NCBI GenBank assembly: GCA_964524325.1
Contig: CAZGCT010000001.1
Location: forward strand, 97,482 to 161,481
Source: an uncultured Hyphomicrobiales bacterium
GTDB lineage: Bacteria > Bacteroidota > Ignavibacteria > Kapaibacteriales > UBA2268
Direction of reading: 5' to 3'
DNA length: 64,000 nt
The notes below the pieces were generated by a model. It saw only the letters and a list, made by a program, of their open reading frames with translations, was not told where the DNA came from and did no database searches. Positions within the stretch are counted from its first letter, which is position 1; every line of letters begins with the position of its first letter. Position numbers and translations under genes: made by a program. Of the stretch, positions 30,720 to 40,290 are shown piece by piece.

Positions 30720-31273
30720 CACATGAAGCAGTTTTTTCTGGTTTTGGTGGCCAAGGTGTTCTAACTATGGGAATGATTCTTGGCAATGCAGCTATTTTCG
30801 AAGGCAAAGAAGTAACTTGGATGCCTTCTTACGGACCCGAGATGCGTGGTGGAACCGCAAACTGTATCACTATAATTTCGGACGAAATGATTAGTTCCCC
30901 AATTATTTCCAAATTTGATACTGTTGTTGCTTTGAATCAACCTTCCATCAATAAATTCGAAAAGGCGGTAAAACCAGGTGGCAATTTGATTTACGAATCT
31001 ACCACATCTTTGGCCCCTCCAACTCGAAAAGATATTCATATATACTCTCTTCCAGCTGGGGAAATTACTGTTGAGTTGAAAAATACTAAAGTTCTCAATA
31101 TGGTTATGCTTGGTGCTTTTCTTAAGATTACAAATATTGTAAAAATTGAATCAATTTGGAAAGGTTTGGAAACTATTTTACCCGAGAGATATCATAAACT
31201 TATACCCTTGAATCAGGAAGCATTCATGCGTGGTTATGATGCAATAAAAGTTGACCAAGCAATTTTGATTTAA
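30716..31273 (+). CDS. 2-oxoacid:ferredoxin oxidoreductase gamma subunit
   Basis: 185 aa. [13 protein letters not shown] gamma-subunit signature. 4-nt overlap with the beta subunit. Confidence 0.8.
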   Translation: MTHEAVFSGFGGQGVLTMGMILGNAAIFEGKEVTWMPSYGPEMRGGTANCITIISDEMISSPIISKFDTVVALNQPSINKFEKAVKPGGNLIYESTTSLAPPTRKDIHIYSLPAGEITVELKNTKVLNMVMLGAFLKITNIVKIESIWKGLETILPERYHKLIPLNQEAFMRGYDAIKVDQAILI

Positions 31274-31300
31274 TCGCTTACGGCAAATTTCTTAATCTTT

Positions 31301-31338
31301 AAATAAACAAAGGGGCATGGTACCCCTTTTGTTTATTT
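31301..31338. terminator. Bidirectional rho-independent terminator between the OFOR operon and convergent nrfA
   Basis: AAACAAAGGGG-catggta-CCCCTTTTGTTT perfect 11-bp stem, flanked by A-run on the left and TTTATTT on the right. Confidence 0.7.
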
Positions 31339-31383
31339 GAAGTAATTGTCAATGAATGAATGCTTTTTATCGTGTTAATCTTG

Positions 31384-32865
31384 TTACTTTTCGATATATT
31401 GATACAGGGTGCCTTGGCGCTTCTTTGCTATTTCGTCCCATTGGGGAATTATCGTTCTAAGAAGTTCTTCTTTATCTTTTTGCATGGCCTCCAAATCTAA
31501 CCCTATATATTTTTGAGCCTTTTCTTTGGTAGAAACGTCTGGAAGCGAAGGATAAACTTGTAGTCCAAGCTTTGTAAATAGGACTGAAAGCAGTCCTCTT
31601 GCTTTTTCTGCTCTTTCGATAGAAGTGCTTAAAACTCGGAGGGCTTCAACGGGAGCATGGAACCCAATACCGTTTGCAGCTGCTACCCAATCCCAACGCC
31701 ACTGAGCAGAACGGATTAATTTTAATATTGGTTCCATATCCTTTTCGCTAGCACCATTCTTCCAAGCAATTTCAGCTTCGAGATGAGCTTTGGCAATAGA
31801 TTTTTCAGCAATTTGCCTCACTTCGCGAACCCTATCTTGGCGATCGTAAACATCTCGAATTAATTCTTCTTCGCTTTGTCGATGGCAAACCTGACATGCA
31901 TTTGCAATATTGGAAAGCGGGCTTCGAATATGATGGTCAGTATATTTTACTCCCCCTTCAACTCTATATGGCATATGACAATCGGCACAAGAAACTCCTC
32001 GTTTTGCATGTATTCCAGTCATATACAACTCGTAATCTGGGTGCTGAGCTTTGAGCATTTTGGCTTTACTGAGCTTGTGGGTCCAGTCTGCAAAGTCGAG
32101 TTCATCGTAATATTTTTCCATTGAATCTGCTGCAAATCCTTTGTCCCAAGGAAAAGTTAAATACTTCCCTTCTCCTTTGAAATAATACTCAACGTGGCAT
32201 TGTGCACAAACCAAGGACCGCATTTCCTGATGTGTAATACTCTCCAATTTTACACCACGTCTTTGCAATGCTTCAATCAATGCTGGTCTGGTTATTCTAA
32301 GTTTCATTGTTTTAGGGTCGTGGCAATCTTGGCAACCAATGGGATTTACCATTTCGTGTCCCATTTCTATCCATTTTTTCTTGTATAATGCCTCGGCACC
32401 TAATTGTGCTACCAAGCGTGGAAAGTCTGTTGTTTTGCAGGACCAGCAAGCTCCAGGTTGTGGACTTTCTTTTATCCCTCCTGTACGTAAGCTTTTTCGT
32501 AAATCGTAAACGGCCCAAGCATGTCCACGCCCTTGCTCATAACTTTTAGAAAAACCATAGCCAGCCCACATAATCACCGATTCAGGGCAATCTTCTAATA
32601 GATCAATATGGCCTGATCCCCCATATTTACTTCTGAATGTAGTGTCGAGTGTCCGCCTATATGATTCGAATTCTCTTGGAAAATTTTCCCCCCAAACCTC
32701 ATTGCGGGGCTCCCATTCTGCAATGGGTTTAACCATTTGCAATCTTGCTATTGATTCGACGCGCCGTTCCATTATTGTTGTTACAAGAATGGCAACTAAT
32801 AGGACAATTATAATAGAACCAAAGAAAACGATAATATGGACTGGTTTGATTTTTTTGTTTTCCAT
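31384..32865 (-). CDS. nrfA: Cytochrome c nitrite reductase, pentahaem catalytic subunit (ammonia-forming)
   Basis: 493 aa. N-terminal TM/signal anchor. Five haem motifs: CWSCK (the NrfA-specific CxxCK active-site haem), CQDCH, CAQCH, CADCH, CQVCH. Confidence 0.9.
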   Translation of the reverse strand: MENKKIKPVHIIVFFGSIIIVLLVAILVTTIMERRVESIARLQMVKPIAEWEPRNEVWGENFPREFESYRRTLDTTFRSKYGGSGHIDLLEDCPESVIMWAGYGFSKSYEQGRGHAWAVYDLRKSLRTGGIKESPQPGACWSCKTTDFPRLVAQLGAEALYKKKWIEMGHEMVNPIGCQDCHDPKTMKLRITRPALIEALQRRGVKLESITHQEMRSLVCAQCHVEYYFKGEGKYLTFPWDKGFAADSMEKYYDELDFADWTHKLSKAKMLKAQHPDYELYMTGIHAKRGVSCADCHMPYRVEGGVKYTDHHIRSPLSNIANACQVCHRQSEEELIRDVYDRQDRVREVRQIAEKSIAKAHLEAEIAWKNGASEKDMEPILKLIRSAQWRWDWVAAANGIGFHAPVEALRVLSTSIERAEKARGLLSVLFTKLGLQVYPSLPDVSTKEKAQKYIGLDLEAMQKDKEELLRTIIPQWDEIAKKRQGTLYQYIEK

Positions 32866-32867
32866 AA

Positions 32868-33443
32868 CTAATCCATTTTATTTAATAAATTAAGTTCTTT
32901 TTTAATCCACAATGGTGTGATGTTCATTTCAATTGGAACAATAGCATTAGGTGTTGATGCTTGGCTTGCGATTCTACCATGTGGAACTTCACGATGACAA
33001 TCCCAACATTGCCTGCCAAATGTTTTTGAAGAATGCCCCCCAGTGTTTTGAAAAATCGAAACAAAGCTTAGTTGATTTGAATGGCAGCGTGTACAATTTT
33101 CTTGCACAACTTTTGCCCCTTCGTCTCGAATCTTAATTACTTGTGGATAGGATGCAACAGTGAAAAGAGTTGAATGTCTTATTCCATCGTTTATTTTGAA
33201 CCAAAGGGCTCTAAGTTTATTGTCTTGCGGGACATGACAGTCATTGCAAGTTGCGCTTTTGCGATGGCTGCTGTGGAACCAGGTTGCAAATTGTGGTGTC
33301 ATAATATGACAATTGATGCAAGCGGCCGGGTCGTCCGATAAGTAGGAGAAAACTTTCGAGATATAAGCCCCATAAGCTACAAGGCCTAAAAATGTCCCAG
33401 CAAGTATGTAATAGAAGGTTTTCAACTTTCCTATTCCTATCAT
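32868..33443 (-). CDS. nrfH: Cytochrome c nitrite reductase small subunit NrfH (NapC/NirT-family tetrahaem quinol dehydrogenase)
   Basis: 191 aa. N-terminal TM helix and four CxxCH motifs (CINCH, CNDCH, CTRCH, CWDCH). Immediately upstream of nrfA. Confidence 0.85.
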   Translation of the reverse strand: MIGIGKLKTFYYILAGTFLGLVAYGAYISKVFSYLSDDPAACINCHIMTPQFATWFHSSHRKSATCNDCHVPQDNKLRALWFKINDGIRHSTLFTVASYPQVIKIRDEGAKVVQENCTRCHSNQLSFVSIFQNTGGHSSKTFGRQCWDCHREVPHGRIASQASTPNAIVPIEMNITPLWIKKELNLLNKMD

Positions 33444-33486
33444 GATATCAATCTAAAAATACAAAAATAAGACTTTTTATTCTTTT

Positions 33487-34362
33487 TTAGGAAAAATCTG
33501 AATTTATGTTTTCAAATGTTGTAAAATTGTTGTTGGGAATATTTTTGTTAAGCAATGCTATTTTAGACATGGCAAGTACTAAGGTTGAATATATTTCATG
33601 AAAATCTTGTTGCAAAGTTTTTATACCTTCGGTATGTTTGGTTAGTGTTAGTTTATCGGAGCGAATAATTGGACCAGTCAAAGGGGTAAATGTAGAATCC
33701 TGGAAATTAATTTTATTGTTAGTAAGAGTTCGCTCAACTAAAGGCAGGAGAATATTAGGCTCCAACTTTGTTTCGGAAATTAGCTTCTTTGCAAAAAGAA
33801 TAATCAAATTAAGAAAATTTGAAGCTACAACAGCAGAAGCGTGATAAATGGCTCGAGTTTTTTCATCGAAGTTTACTTTTATTGGTATTCCACCTATTTC
33901 TTCAAGTATAGGACAAATACTCCCAAAATATTTTGTTTGGACTATCCAAAAAATATTCTCAAAGATATCCGGGGAATATTCATAAAATGTTTGTAAAGGG
34001 TGGGCAGAGGCTGTAAGTGCACCATAATTTTCCAACTCTTTTAAAATCTCATCTGAATTTATTCCGGAACAGTGAATAATGATTTTTCCATTTAAAGATT
34101 TTGCAAAAGAAGAGGATAGTTCAGAGGTTACGTTTGGGATTTCTGAGTCGGTTGTTGTAATAAAAATAATTTCTGGAATATTTGAAATTTGGCTTAAGCT
34201 GTTGAAAATTTTCACTCCATAATTCGAAAAAATATCTGCTTCTTTTGTTCCCAAAAGATGTTTTGAAACCACTAAAGAAAGTTTACCCTTTTCAAGGAGC
34301 TTTTGGCAAAGTGCATTTCCCAATTTCCCAAAACCGATGATGGCAGCTTTCATAATATTCAT
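33487..34362 (-). CDS. Rossmann-fold NAD(P)-binding protein with DUF2520-like C-terminal domain
   Basis: 291 aa. AIIGFGKLGNAL dinucleotide-binding GxGxxG at the N-terminus. Same strand as nrfHA, 43 bp upstream. Confidence 0.45.
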   Translation of the reverse strand: MNIMKAAIIGFGKLGNALCQKLLEKGKLSLVVSKHLLGTKEADIFSNYGVKIFNSLSQISNIPEIIFITTTDSEIPNVTSELSSSFAKSLNGKIIIHCSGINSDEILKELENYGALTASAHPLQTFYEYSPDIFENIFWIVQTKYFGSICPILEEIGGIPIKVNFDEKTRAIYHASAVVASNFLNLIILFAKKLISETKLEPNILLPLVERTLTNNKINFQDSTFTPLTGPIIRSDKLTLTKHTEGIKTLQQDFHEIYSTLVLAMSKIALLNKNIPNNNFTTFENINSDFS

Positions 34363-34395
34363 ATATCTTTCTTAATAAATTGTTAAATTAAAGTT

Positions 34396-35229
34396 TTGTC
34401 AATTAATATCAAAAGAATTATGATTTCGAAAAAAAATAAAGTTAGCTTTTTTGCTTTTTTTATAATGATTGTTTCCTTGCTTTCTTGCGACGACGGAATA
34501 AATGTTTTTTCACCCCAAGATGATGTTCAATTGGGTAACCAGCTGCATCAGGAAATTATCGGGAATCCCAAAGAATACCCTGTTCTGAACAATCCAGATG
34601 TTTCAAGTTATGTTCAAAACATTGTAAATCAAATAATTGCATCCCCAAAAGTAAACTACCGAAACACATTTAATTATCAAGTTACCATTATCAATAGAAA
34701 CGATATTGTAAATGCTTTTGCTACACCAGGGGGACGAATCTACGTATATACAGGTTTACTTAAATTTCTCGACAATGAAGCAACTCTTGCGGGAGTACTA
34801 GCCCACGAAGTTGCCCATTGCGAACGTCGTCACGCAACAAAAAGATTAACAAAAGCCTATGGTGTTTCGCTTTTGTTGGATGTCGTGCTTGGCAAGAATC
34901 CTTCTACCTTGGAAACTATAGCAGCCAATTTGCTTGTCGGGCTTGCTTTTCTAAAGAATAGTCGAGACGATGAATACGAAGCCGACGAATATGCTTACCA
35001 GTACCTAAAAACAACTGTTTGGTATCCCGGTTCTTTAATTTTCTTTTTCGATAAGGTCAAGCAAAACGAAGGGAGCTCTTTTTTGGAAGTCTTGCTTTCA
35101 ACTCATCCGCTCAGTCAGGACAGAATTGATAAGTTGAACAAAAAAATTCAAGAAGATAAGTTACCAGCTCCAACCGAAAATAATCTTTTTCAAACAAGGT
35201 ACCAAAATTTTAAAAAGCTTCTGCCTTAA
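34396..35229 (+). CDS. M48-family zinc metallopeptidase lipoprotein
   Basis: 277 aa. Signal with lipobox LLSC. HEVAHCERRH (HExxH) zinc-binding motif. Confidence 0.7.
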   Translation: MSINIKRIMISKKNKVSFFAFFIMIVSLLSCDDGINVFSPQDDVQLGNQLHQEIIGNPKEYPVLNNPDVSSYVQNIVNQIIASPKVNYRNTFNYQVTIINRNDIVNAFATPGGRIYVYTGLLKFLDNEATLAGVLAHEVAHCERRHATKRLTKAYGVSLLLDVVLGKNPSTLETIAANLLVGLAFLKNSRDDEYEADEYAYQYLKTTVWYPGSLIFFFDKVKQNEGSSFLEVLLSTHPLSQDRIDKLNKKIQEDKLPAPTENNLFQTRYQNFKKLLP

Positions 35230-35245
35230 TTTGAAAAAACTTTTA

Positions 35246-36856
35246 TTAACTTATTTCGATTTGGTTGCTAATTGGTAATTTTACGCTAAATCTTGTATAT
35301 TTATTCAACTCGCTCTCTACTTCAATAGTACCATTGTGAGCTTCTATAATCCATTTAACTATTGATAACCCAAGCCCATAACCTTTAATTCCAGGTTTAA
35401 TTCCTTTATTTGCTCTATACATGCGGTTGAAAATATTATCTAAATCTTCTTTAGGTATACCAATTCCATTGTCTTCTACAACCAATTTAACAACTTCGGT
35501 GTCTTTCTCCAATGATAGTTTAATTTTACCGCCTTCGTTTGTGTATTTTGTGGAATTGTCCATCAGGTTCAAAAGTGCTTGATGAATTCTAATAGCATCT
35601 ATGGGTATAATTACATTTGGTTCTATTGTTTTTTCAATTTGAATATTTTTTTGTTCGGCTATGATAGCAATATCGTCTGCAACTTCTTCTGCTATCTTCG
35701 AAATATTTTCCATCTTCAAGTTAATAGCAATTTGTCCAGTTTCGGCTCTGGAGAGTTCAAGAATCGAGTCCACAACGTTCGACAAGCGGCTTACTTCTTC
35801 CAAAGCACTTATTATCAACTCTTCGTATTCTTCTGGTGTTTTTTGGGTATGCAATGCAATTTCCAATTCGCCTTGTAAAATAGTCAATGGTGTTCGAAGT
35901 TCATGAGATGCGTCGGCTGCAAATTTTTTTACTTGATTGAATGATTCCTCTAATCGTTCTATCATATTATTCAATGTTTTTGTTAAATGTCCAATTTCAT
36001 CCTTTGTTGGAATTTCTGGTAAGCGTCGGCTCAAGTTCTTTGCAGTTATTTCATCTGCGGTTTTAGCAATTATATCGATTGGCTTCAATGATACTGTAGA
36101 CATAATCCAACCACCTACAATTGAAATGAGCAGGATGAAGGGTAGGGCAATTGCTTGAATTGTAAATAATTTTTGCAATGTTGAACCTAAATCATCGAGT
36201 ATGTAGCCCACTGAAATCACCGCTTGATTAGTTTTTTTCACTAATAAACGGACTTCGGTATTCATTACTTTTGTTTTAGTAAGAATTGAATCAATTCGAA
36301 CTGTCTTAGGTATCTCCATAGAAAGCTGTATAACAGAGTCTTTTGTGCGTGACGGAACGTAAATTGTGTCTATTGGGGAGACAGTAGAAAAGCCAAGCAA
36401 TGTTGGTAATGTATCGTTTTGTAAATTCTGTGACCGCCAGATAATATTGTTATTTGTATCAGCAATTTGAACATAAAAATTCTTTGGATTCAGTAATATA
36501 TGCTCGAAAACAGCAGACCAAATATCACCCAAATCTTTTTCTACTAGCTTTTCTCTTTGCACTGTGGGTCGAATTGGACCAACAAATCGCATTTCTTCAA
36601 GTTCTCGAAGGAGAGCGAACTTGTCCAAGTTAAGCTTCCAGCTTTGCCGGTTTTTGATATTTCTAATATTATCCTGATTTCGCGAGATAACAATGTCGAG
36701 CGAGTTGACAACTTTTGAAATAGAGGCGTCCAGATTTCTGTGCAACTCGTTGTAAACAGAAACATAGGTATAAAACCCATACGCTAAGAGTGTTACAGCC
36801 ACAATGGTTCCATACCAAAATGATAACTTTGCTCTTAATGGTAACTTGCCAGCCAA
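35246..36856 (-). CDS. Sensor histidine kinase (two TM segments, large periplasmic domain, HAMP, HisKA, HATPase_c)
   Basis: 536 aa. H-box ADASHELRTPL. N, D/G-box motifs DNGIGIP and GYGLGLSIV. No response regulator adjacent. Confidence 0.8.
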   Translation of the reverse strand: MAGKLPLRAKLSFWYGTIVAVTLLAYGFYTYVSVYNELHRNLDASISKVVNSLDIVISRNQDNIRNIKNRQSWKLNLDKFALLRELEEMRFVGPIRPTVQREKLVEKDLGDIWSAVFEHILLNPKNFYVQIADTNNNIIWRSQNLQNDTLPTLLGFSTVSPIDTIYVPSRTKDSVIQLSMEIPKTVRIDSILTKTKVMNTEVRLLVKKTNQAVISVGYILDDLGSTLQKLFTIQAIALPFILLISIVGGWIMSTVSLKPIDIIAKTADEITAKNLSRRLPEIPTKDEIGHLTKTLNNMIERLEESFNQVKKFAADASHELRTPLTILQGELEIALHTQKTPEEYEELIISALEEVSRLSNVVDSILELSRAETGQIAINLKMENISKIAEEVADDIAIIAEQKNIQIEKTIEPNVIIPIDAIRIHQALLNLMDNSTKYTNEGGKIKLSLEKDTEVVKLVVEDNGIGIPKEDLDNIFNRMYRANKGIKPGIKGYGLGLSIVKWIIEAHNGTIEVESELNKYTRFSVKLPISNQIEIS

Positions 36857-36938
36857 TTTTCAACTCTGCCTAATGCAAAAAAATAAACGGAAAAATAGTA
36901 AATTAATTATTTTATTGATTGGAATTATAGGTTTTAAT

Positions 36939-39900
36939 ATGATTAAAAGACTAATTCTTTTTGCAATTTTTTTGTTTTTTCCATTATTCTTTTTACAAAG
37001 TCAAGCAACTAAAACAACTTCTAAAAAGGAACAAACTGAAATTAATAAACCTAGGTACGATTTTGATAATATTTCACTTCGTTTGCTGGGTCCTGCTGTG
37101 TTTGGGGGAAGAATATCCGACATTGCAGTAAATCCTTATAACAAAAAAGAATACTACGTTGGAGTTGCTTCCGGGGGAGTTTGGAAAACTACAAATTCCG
37201 GTGTAACTTTTATCCCAGTTTTTGACAAATACGGTTCTTTTTCTGTTGGATGTCTTGCCATAGATATTAATAATCCAAACATTGTTTGGGTTGGGACCGG
37301 TGAAAACAATAGCCAAAGGAGCGTTTCTTGGGGTGATGGAGTTTATAAAACAACCGATGCTGGCAAAACTTGGAAAAACATGGGATTGAAACAATCAGAA
37401 CACATTGGAAAAATAATTATCTGCCCAACTAATTCAAATATTGTGTATGTTGCTGCTCAAGGTCCTCTTTGGGGCCCTGGTGGAGATAGGGGATTGTATA
37501 AAACAACTGATGGTGGTAAAAGTTGGAGGCAGATTTTGAGAATTAGCGAAAACACTGGAGTAACAGATTTAGTAATGGATCCAAGAGATCCAAATGTTCT
37601 TTATTGTGCCTCATATCAAAGAAGAAGACATGTATGGACATTGATTAATGGAGGACCAGAAGCTGCTATCTACAAGTCTACCGATGGTGGCGATAATTGG
37701 GAAAAGCTTCAAAATGGTTTGCCTAGTGGTGACCTTGGAAGAATTGGGTTGGGTATTTCTCCAGCAAATCCAGATTATATTTACGCTATTATTGAAGGAA
37801 ATGAAGGGAAAGGTGGTATTTACAGATCTACCGACCGCGGGGCTTCATGGGAAAAGAGAAATTCTTGGTTTTCTGGTTCTGCTCAATATTACCACGAAGT
37901 ATTTTGCGATCCTAAAAACCCAGACCGTGTATTTTTTATTGATACTTACCTTCGTGTGACAGAAGATGGTGGAAAAACACTTAAAATTGTTTCGCACAAG
38001 AACAGACACGTCGATGACCATGTTGTCTGGATAGATCCAGACGATACAAGTCATTTCCTTGTTGGTGGAGATGGTGGTCTTTACGAAACTTTCGACAATG
38101 GAAACACCTGGCGTTTCTTTGCAAATATTCCAACTGCGCAATTCTATCGAATTTCTTGCGACAATTCTGAACCTTTCTATTATGTTTATGGTGGCACGCA
38201 AGATAATAACACTTGGGGTGCTCCTTCGAGAACCAATTCTACCGGTGGTATTACCAACGAAGACTGGTTTCACGTTGTTGGTGGAGATGGTTACAAAGCT
38301 CAAATTGACCCCAAAAATCCTAACATTGTTTATGCTATGTGGCAATATGGAAACCTAGTTCGTTACGATAGAAAAAGTGGTGAAGTTTATTATATCCAAC
38401 CCCAGCCCGAAAAAGAGGAAGCTCTAAGATGGAATTGGGATACTCCGATGCTTTTAAGTCAACATTCCGAAACAAGGATTTATATTTGTGCAAACAAAGT
38501 CTTTAGAAGTGACGACCGTGGCCAAAGTTGGAAAGTAATTAGTCCGGATTTGACAAGACAAATTGATAGAAATAAGTTGCCTGTTATGGGAAAGATTTGG
38601 AGTCCTGAAGCAGTAGCAAAAAACGCTGCCACATCATTCTATGGCAATATTACTTCCTTTGCCGAATCGCCATTAGATGAAAATATTCTGATCGTGGGCA
38701 CCGACGATGGCTTAATACATTTGACAACAAATGGTGGCAACACTTGGGTAAAAATTGATAAATTTCCTACAGTGCCAGAAACAACCTATGTTAGCGATAT
38801 CTTTGCTTCAAATCATAATAAAAATGTCATTTATGCCTCTTTTGATAACCACAAGAATGCAGATTTTAAACCATATGTTTTGATGACTACCGACTTTGGG
38901 AAAACTTGGACTTCAATTAGTTCTAATTTGCCAGATAATGGTTCAGTTTACACTGTGGCCGAAGATTTTGTCGACCCAAGTTTATTATTTGTTGGTACAG
39001 AATTTGGCTTATTTGCAACGACTAACAAAGGCAAGGAATGGGTTCAGCTTAAGGGCAATTTTCCAACTATTGCAGTTCGGGACTTGGAAATCCAAAAAAG
39101 AGAAAACGACTTAATAGTTGGAACTTTTGGGCGAGGAGCTTACATTTTAGACGATTTCTCGTTTATGCGTTTCCTTAATGACTCCATTTTAAAAAAGGAA
39201 GCTATTATTTTTCCAGTAAAACCGGCTTTGATTTACAATCAGGACGAGTCACGAGCAAAAGAAGACCAGGGAAATTCTTTCTGGCGCGCTGAAAATCCTC
39301 CATTTGGAGCTGTCTTTACTTACTTTTTGCGAGAAGAGTATAAGACAAAGAAAGAAATTAGAAAAGAATCTGAAAAAAAACTAGAAGATGAAGGAAAACC
39401 GATTTCATATCCTAGTTTCGAGGATTTAACTGCTGAAGATTTAGAACACAAGCCTTTACTTATCTTTAAAATATTCGATGAATCGGGTAATACAATTCGG
39501 ACTTTAACAGCAAATCCCAAAAAGGGTTTTAACAGAATTGTTTGGGACCTGCGATATCCAGACACATCCCCAGTAAGCGATACCTTGAATATTAACACAG
39601 CTCAAGGTATGCCAGTAGTACCTGGACGCTACAAAGTTCAGCTCTTCAAAAGCATAGATGGTAAAATTTCTGCTGTAACTCAGCCAGTTGAATTTGAGTG
39701 TAAGCTTTTAAACAACCTGACTTTGCCTCCGAAAGATTTTGCCCGCCTAGATAATTTTAGGAAAAAAGTATCAAAACTACAAAATAAAATAATGGGATCG
39801 AACCAACTCTTGAAGGAAGTCACAAACAAAATTAAAGCAATAAAAAATGCCTATTTATTGTCTTTCAATTATGCTGATTCTACTCTTAACTTTATTCGAA

Positions 39901-40214
39901 ATATACAACTATTGCTAGACTCTTTGAATATGAAACTAAATGGGAATAAAACATTGTCACGTTTAAATGAAAATCAGCCACCATCGATTGTTGACAGGTT
40001 GAACTACATTCTTTGGGGGCTCTGGGCTACAACTCAAGAGCCAACCGAGACCCAACATAGAACTTTTGCAATTGCTAAAGAAGAACTTTCATTAATTCTC
40101 GTTAGACTTAGGTATATCGTTGAAAATGATATACCCAGACTTGAGAGTGAGCTTGATAGATTTGGTGCTCCTTGGACTCCAGGTAGAATTCCAATTATCA
40201 ATGACCTAGAATAG
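36939..40214 (+). CDS. Large secreted BNR/Asp-box (sortilin/Vps10-like, GH74-like) repeat protein
   Basis: ORF track starts at 36804, but the ATG at 36939 gives signal peptide MIKRLILFAIFLFFPLFFLQSQA. At least 6 repeats of the form x-Y/W-K/R-S/T-T-D-x-G-x-T/S-W, e.g. VWKTTNSGVTF, VYKTTDAGKTW, LYKTTDGGKSW, IYKSTDGGDNW, IYRSTDRGASW. Mature protein ~1090 aa. Confidence 0.6.
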   Translation: MIKRLILFAIFLFFPLFFLQSQATKTTSKKEQTEINKPRYDFDNISLRLLGPAVFGGRISDIAVNPYNKKEYYVGVASGGVWKTTNSGVTFIPVFDKYGSFSVGCLAIDINNPNIVWVGTGENNSQRSVSWGDGVYKTTDAGKTWKNMGLKQSEHIGKIIICPTNSNIVYVAAQGPLWGPGGDRGLYKTTDGGKSWRQILRISENTGVTDLVMDPRDPNVLYCASYQRRRHVWTLINGGPEAAIYKSTDGGDNWEKLQNGLPSGDLGRIGLGISPANPDYIYAIIEGNEGKGGIYRSTDRGASWEKRNSWFSGSAQYYHEVFCDPKNPDRVFFIDTYLRVTEDGGKTLKIVSHKNRHVDDHVVWIDPDDTSHFLVGGDGGLYETFDNGNTWRFFANIPTAQFYRISCDNSEPFYYVYGGTQDNNTWGAPSRTNSTGGITNEDWFHVVGGDGYKAQIDPKNPNIVYAMWQYGNLVRYDRKSGEVYYIQPQPEKEEALRWNWDTPMLLSQHSETRIYICANKVFRSDDRGQSWKVISPDLTRQIDRNKLPVMGKIWSPEAVAKNAATSFYGNITSFAESPLDENILIVGTDDGLIHLTTNGGNTWVKIDKFPTVPETTYVSDIFASNHNKNVIYASFDNHKNADFKPYVLMTTDFGKTWTSISSNLPDNGSVYTVAEDFVDPSLLFVGTEFGLFATTNKGKEWVQLKGNFPTIAVRDLEIQKRENDLIVGTFGRGAYILDDFSFMRFLNDSILKKEAIIFPVKPALIYNQDESRAKEDQGNSFWRAENPPFGAVFTYFLREEYKTKKEIRKESEKKLEDEGKPISYPSFEDLTAEDLEHKPLLIFKIFDESGNTIRTLTANPKKGFNRIVWDLRYPDTSPVSDTLNINTAQGMPVVPGRYKVQLFKSIDGKISAVTQPVEFECKLLNNLTLPPKDFARLDNFRKKVSKLQNKIMGSNQLLKEVTNKIKAIKNAYLLSFNYADSTLNFIRNIQLLLDSLNMKLNGNKTLSRLNENQPPSIVDRLNYILWGLWATTQEPTETQHRTFAIAKEELSLILVRLRYIVENDIPRLESELDRFGAPWTPGRIPIINDLE

Positions 40215-40248
40215 AAAAATCGGCGGTGGGTTAGACGCCGATTTCATA
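40215..40248. terminator. Bidirectional rho-independent terminator between the BNR protein gene and convergent ahcY
   Basis: AAATCGGCG-gtgggttaga-CGCCGATTT, 9-bp GC-rich stem flanked by A-run and T-run. Confidence 0.65.
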
Positions 40249-40290
40249 AAATATTTAGACCTAGAGCAAAATTGTTTTAAACAAGCAATT

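Noticed and set aside
36804-36938. 5' extension of the BNR-protein ORF (track start 36804)
   Set aside because: It overlaps the start of the divergent histidine kinase gene. ATG 36939 gives a canonical signal peptide.
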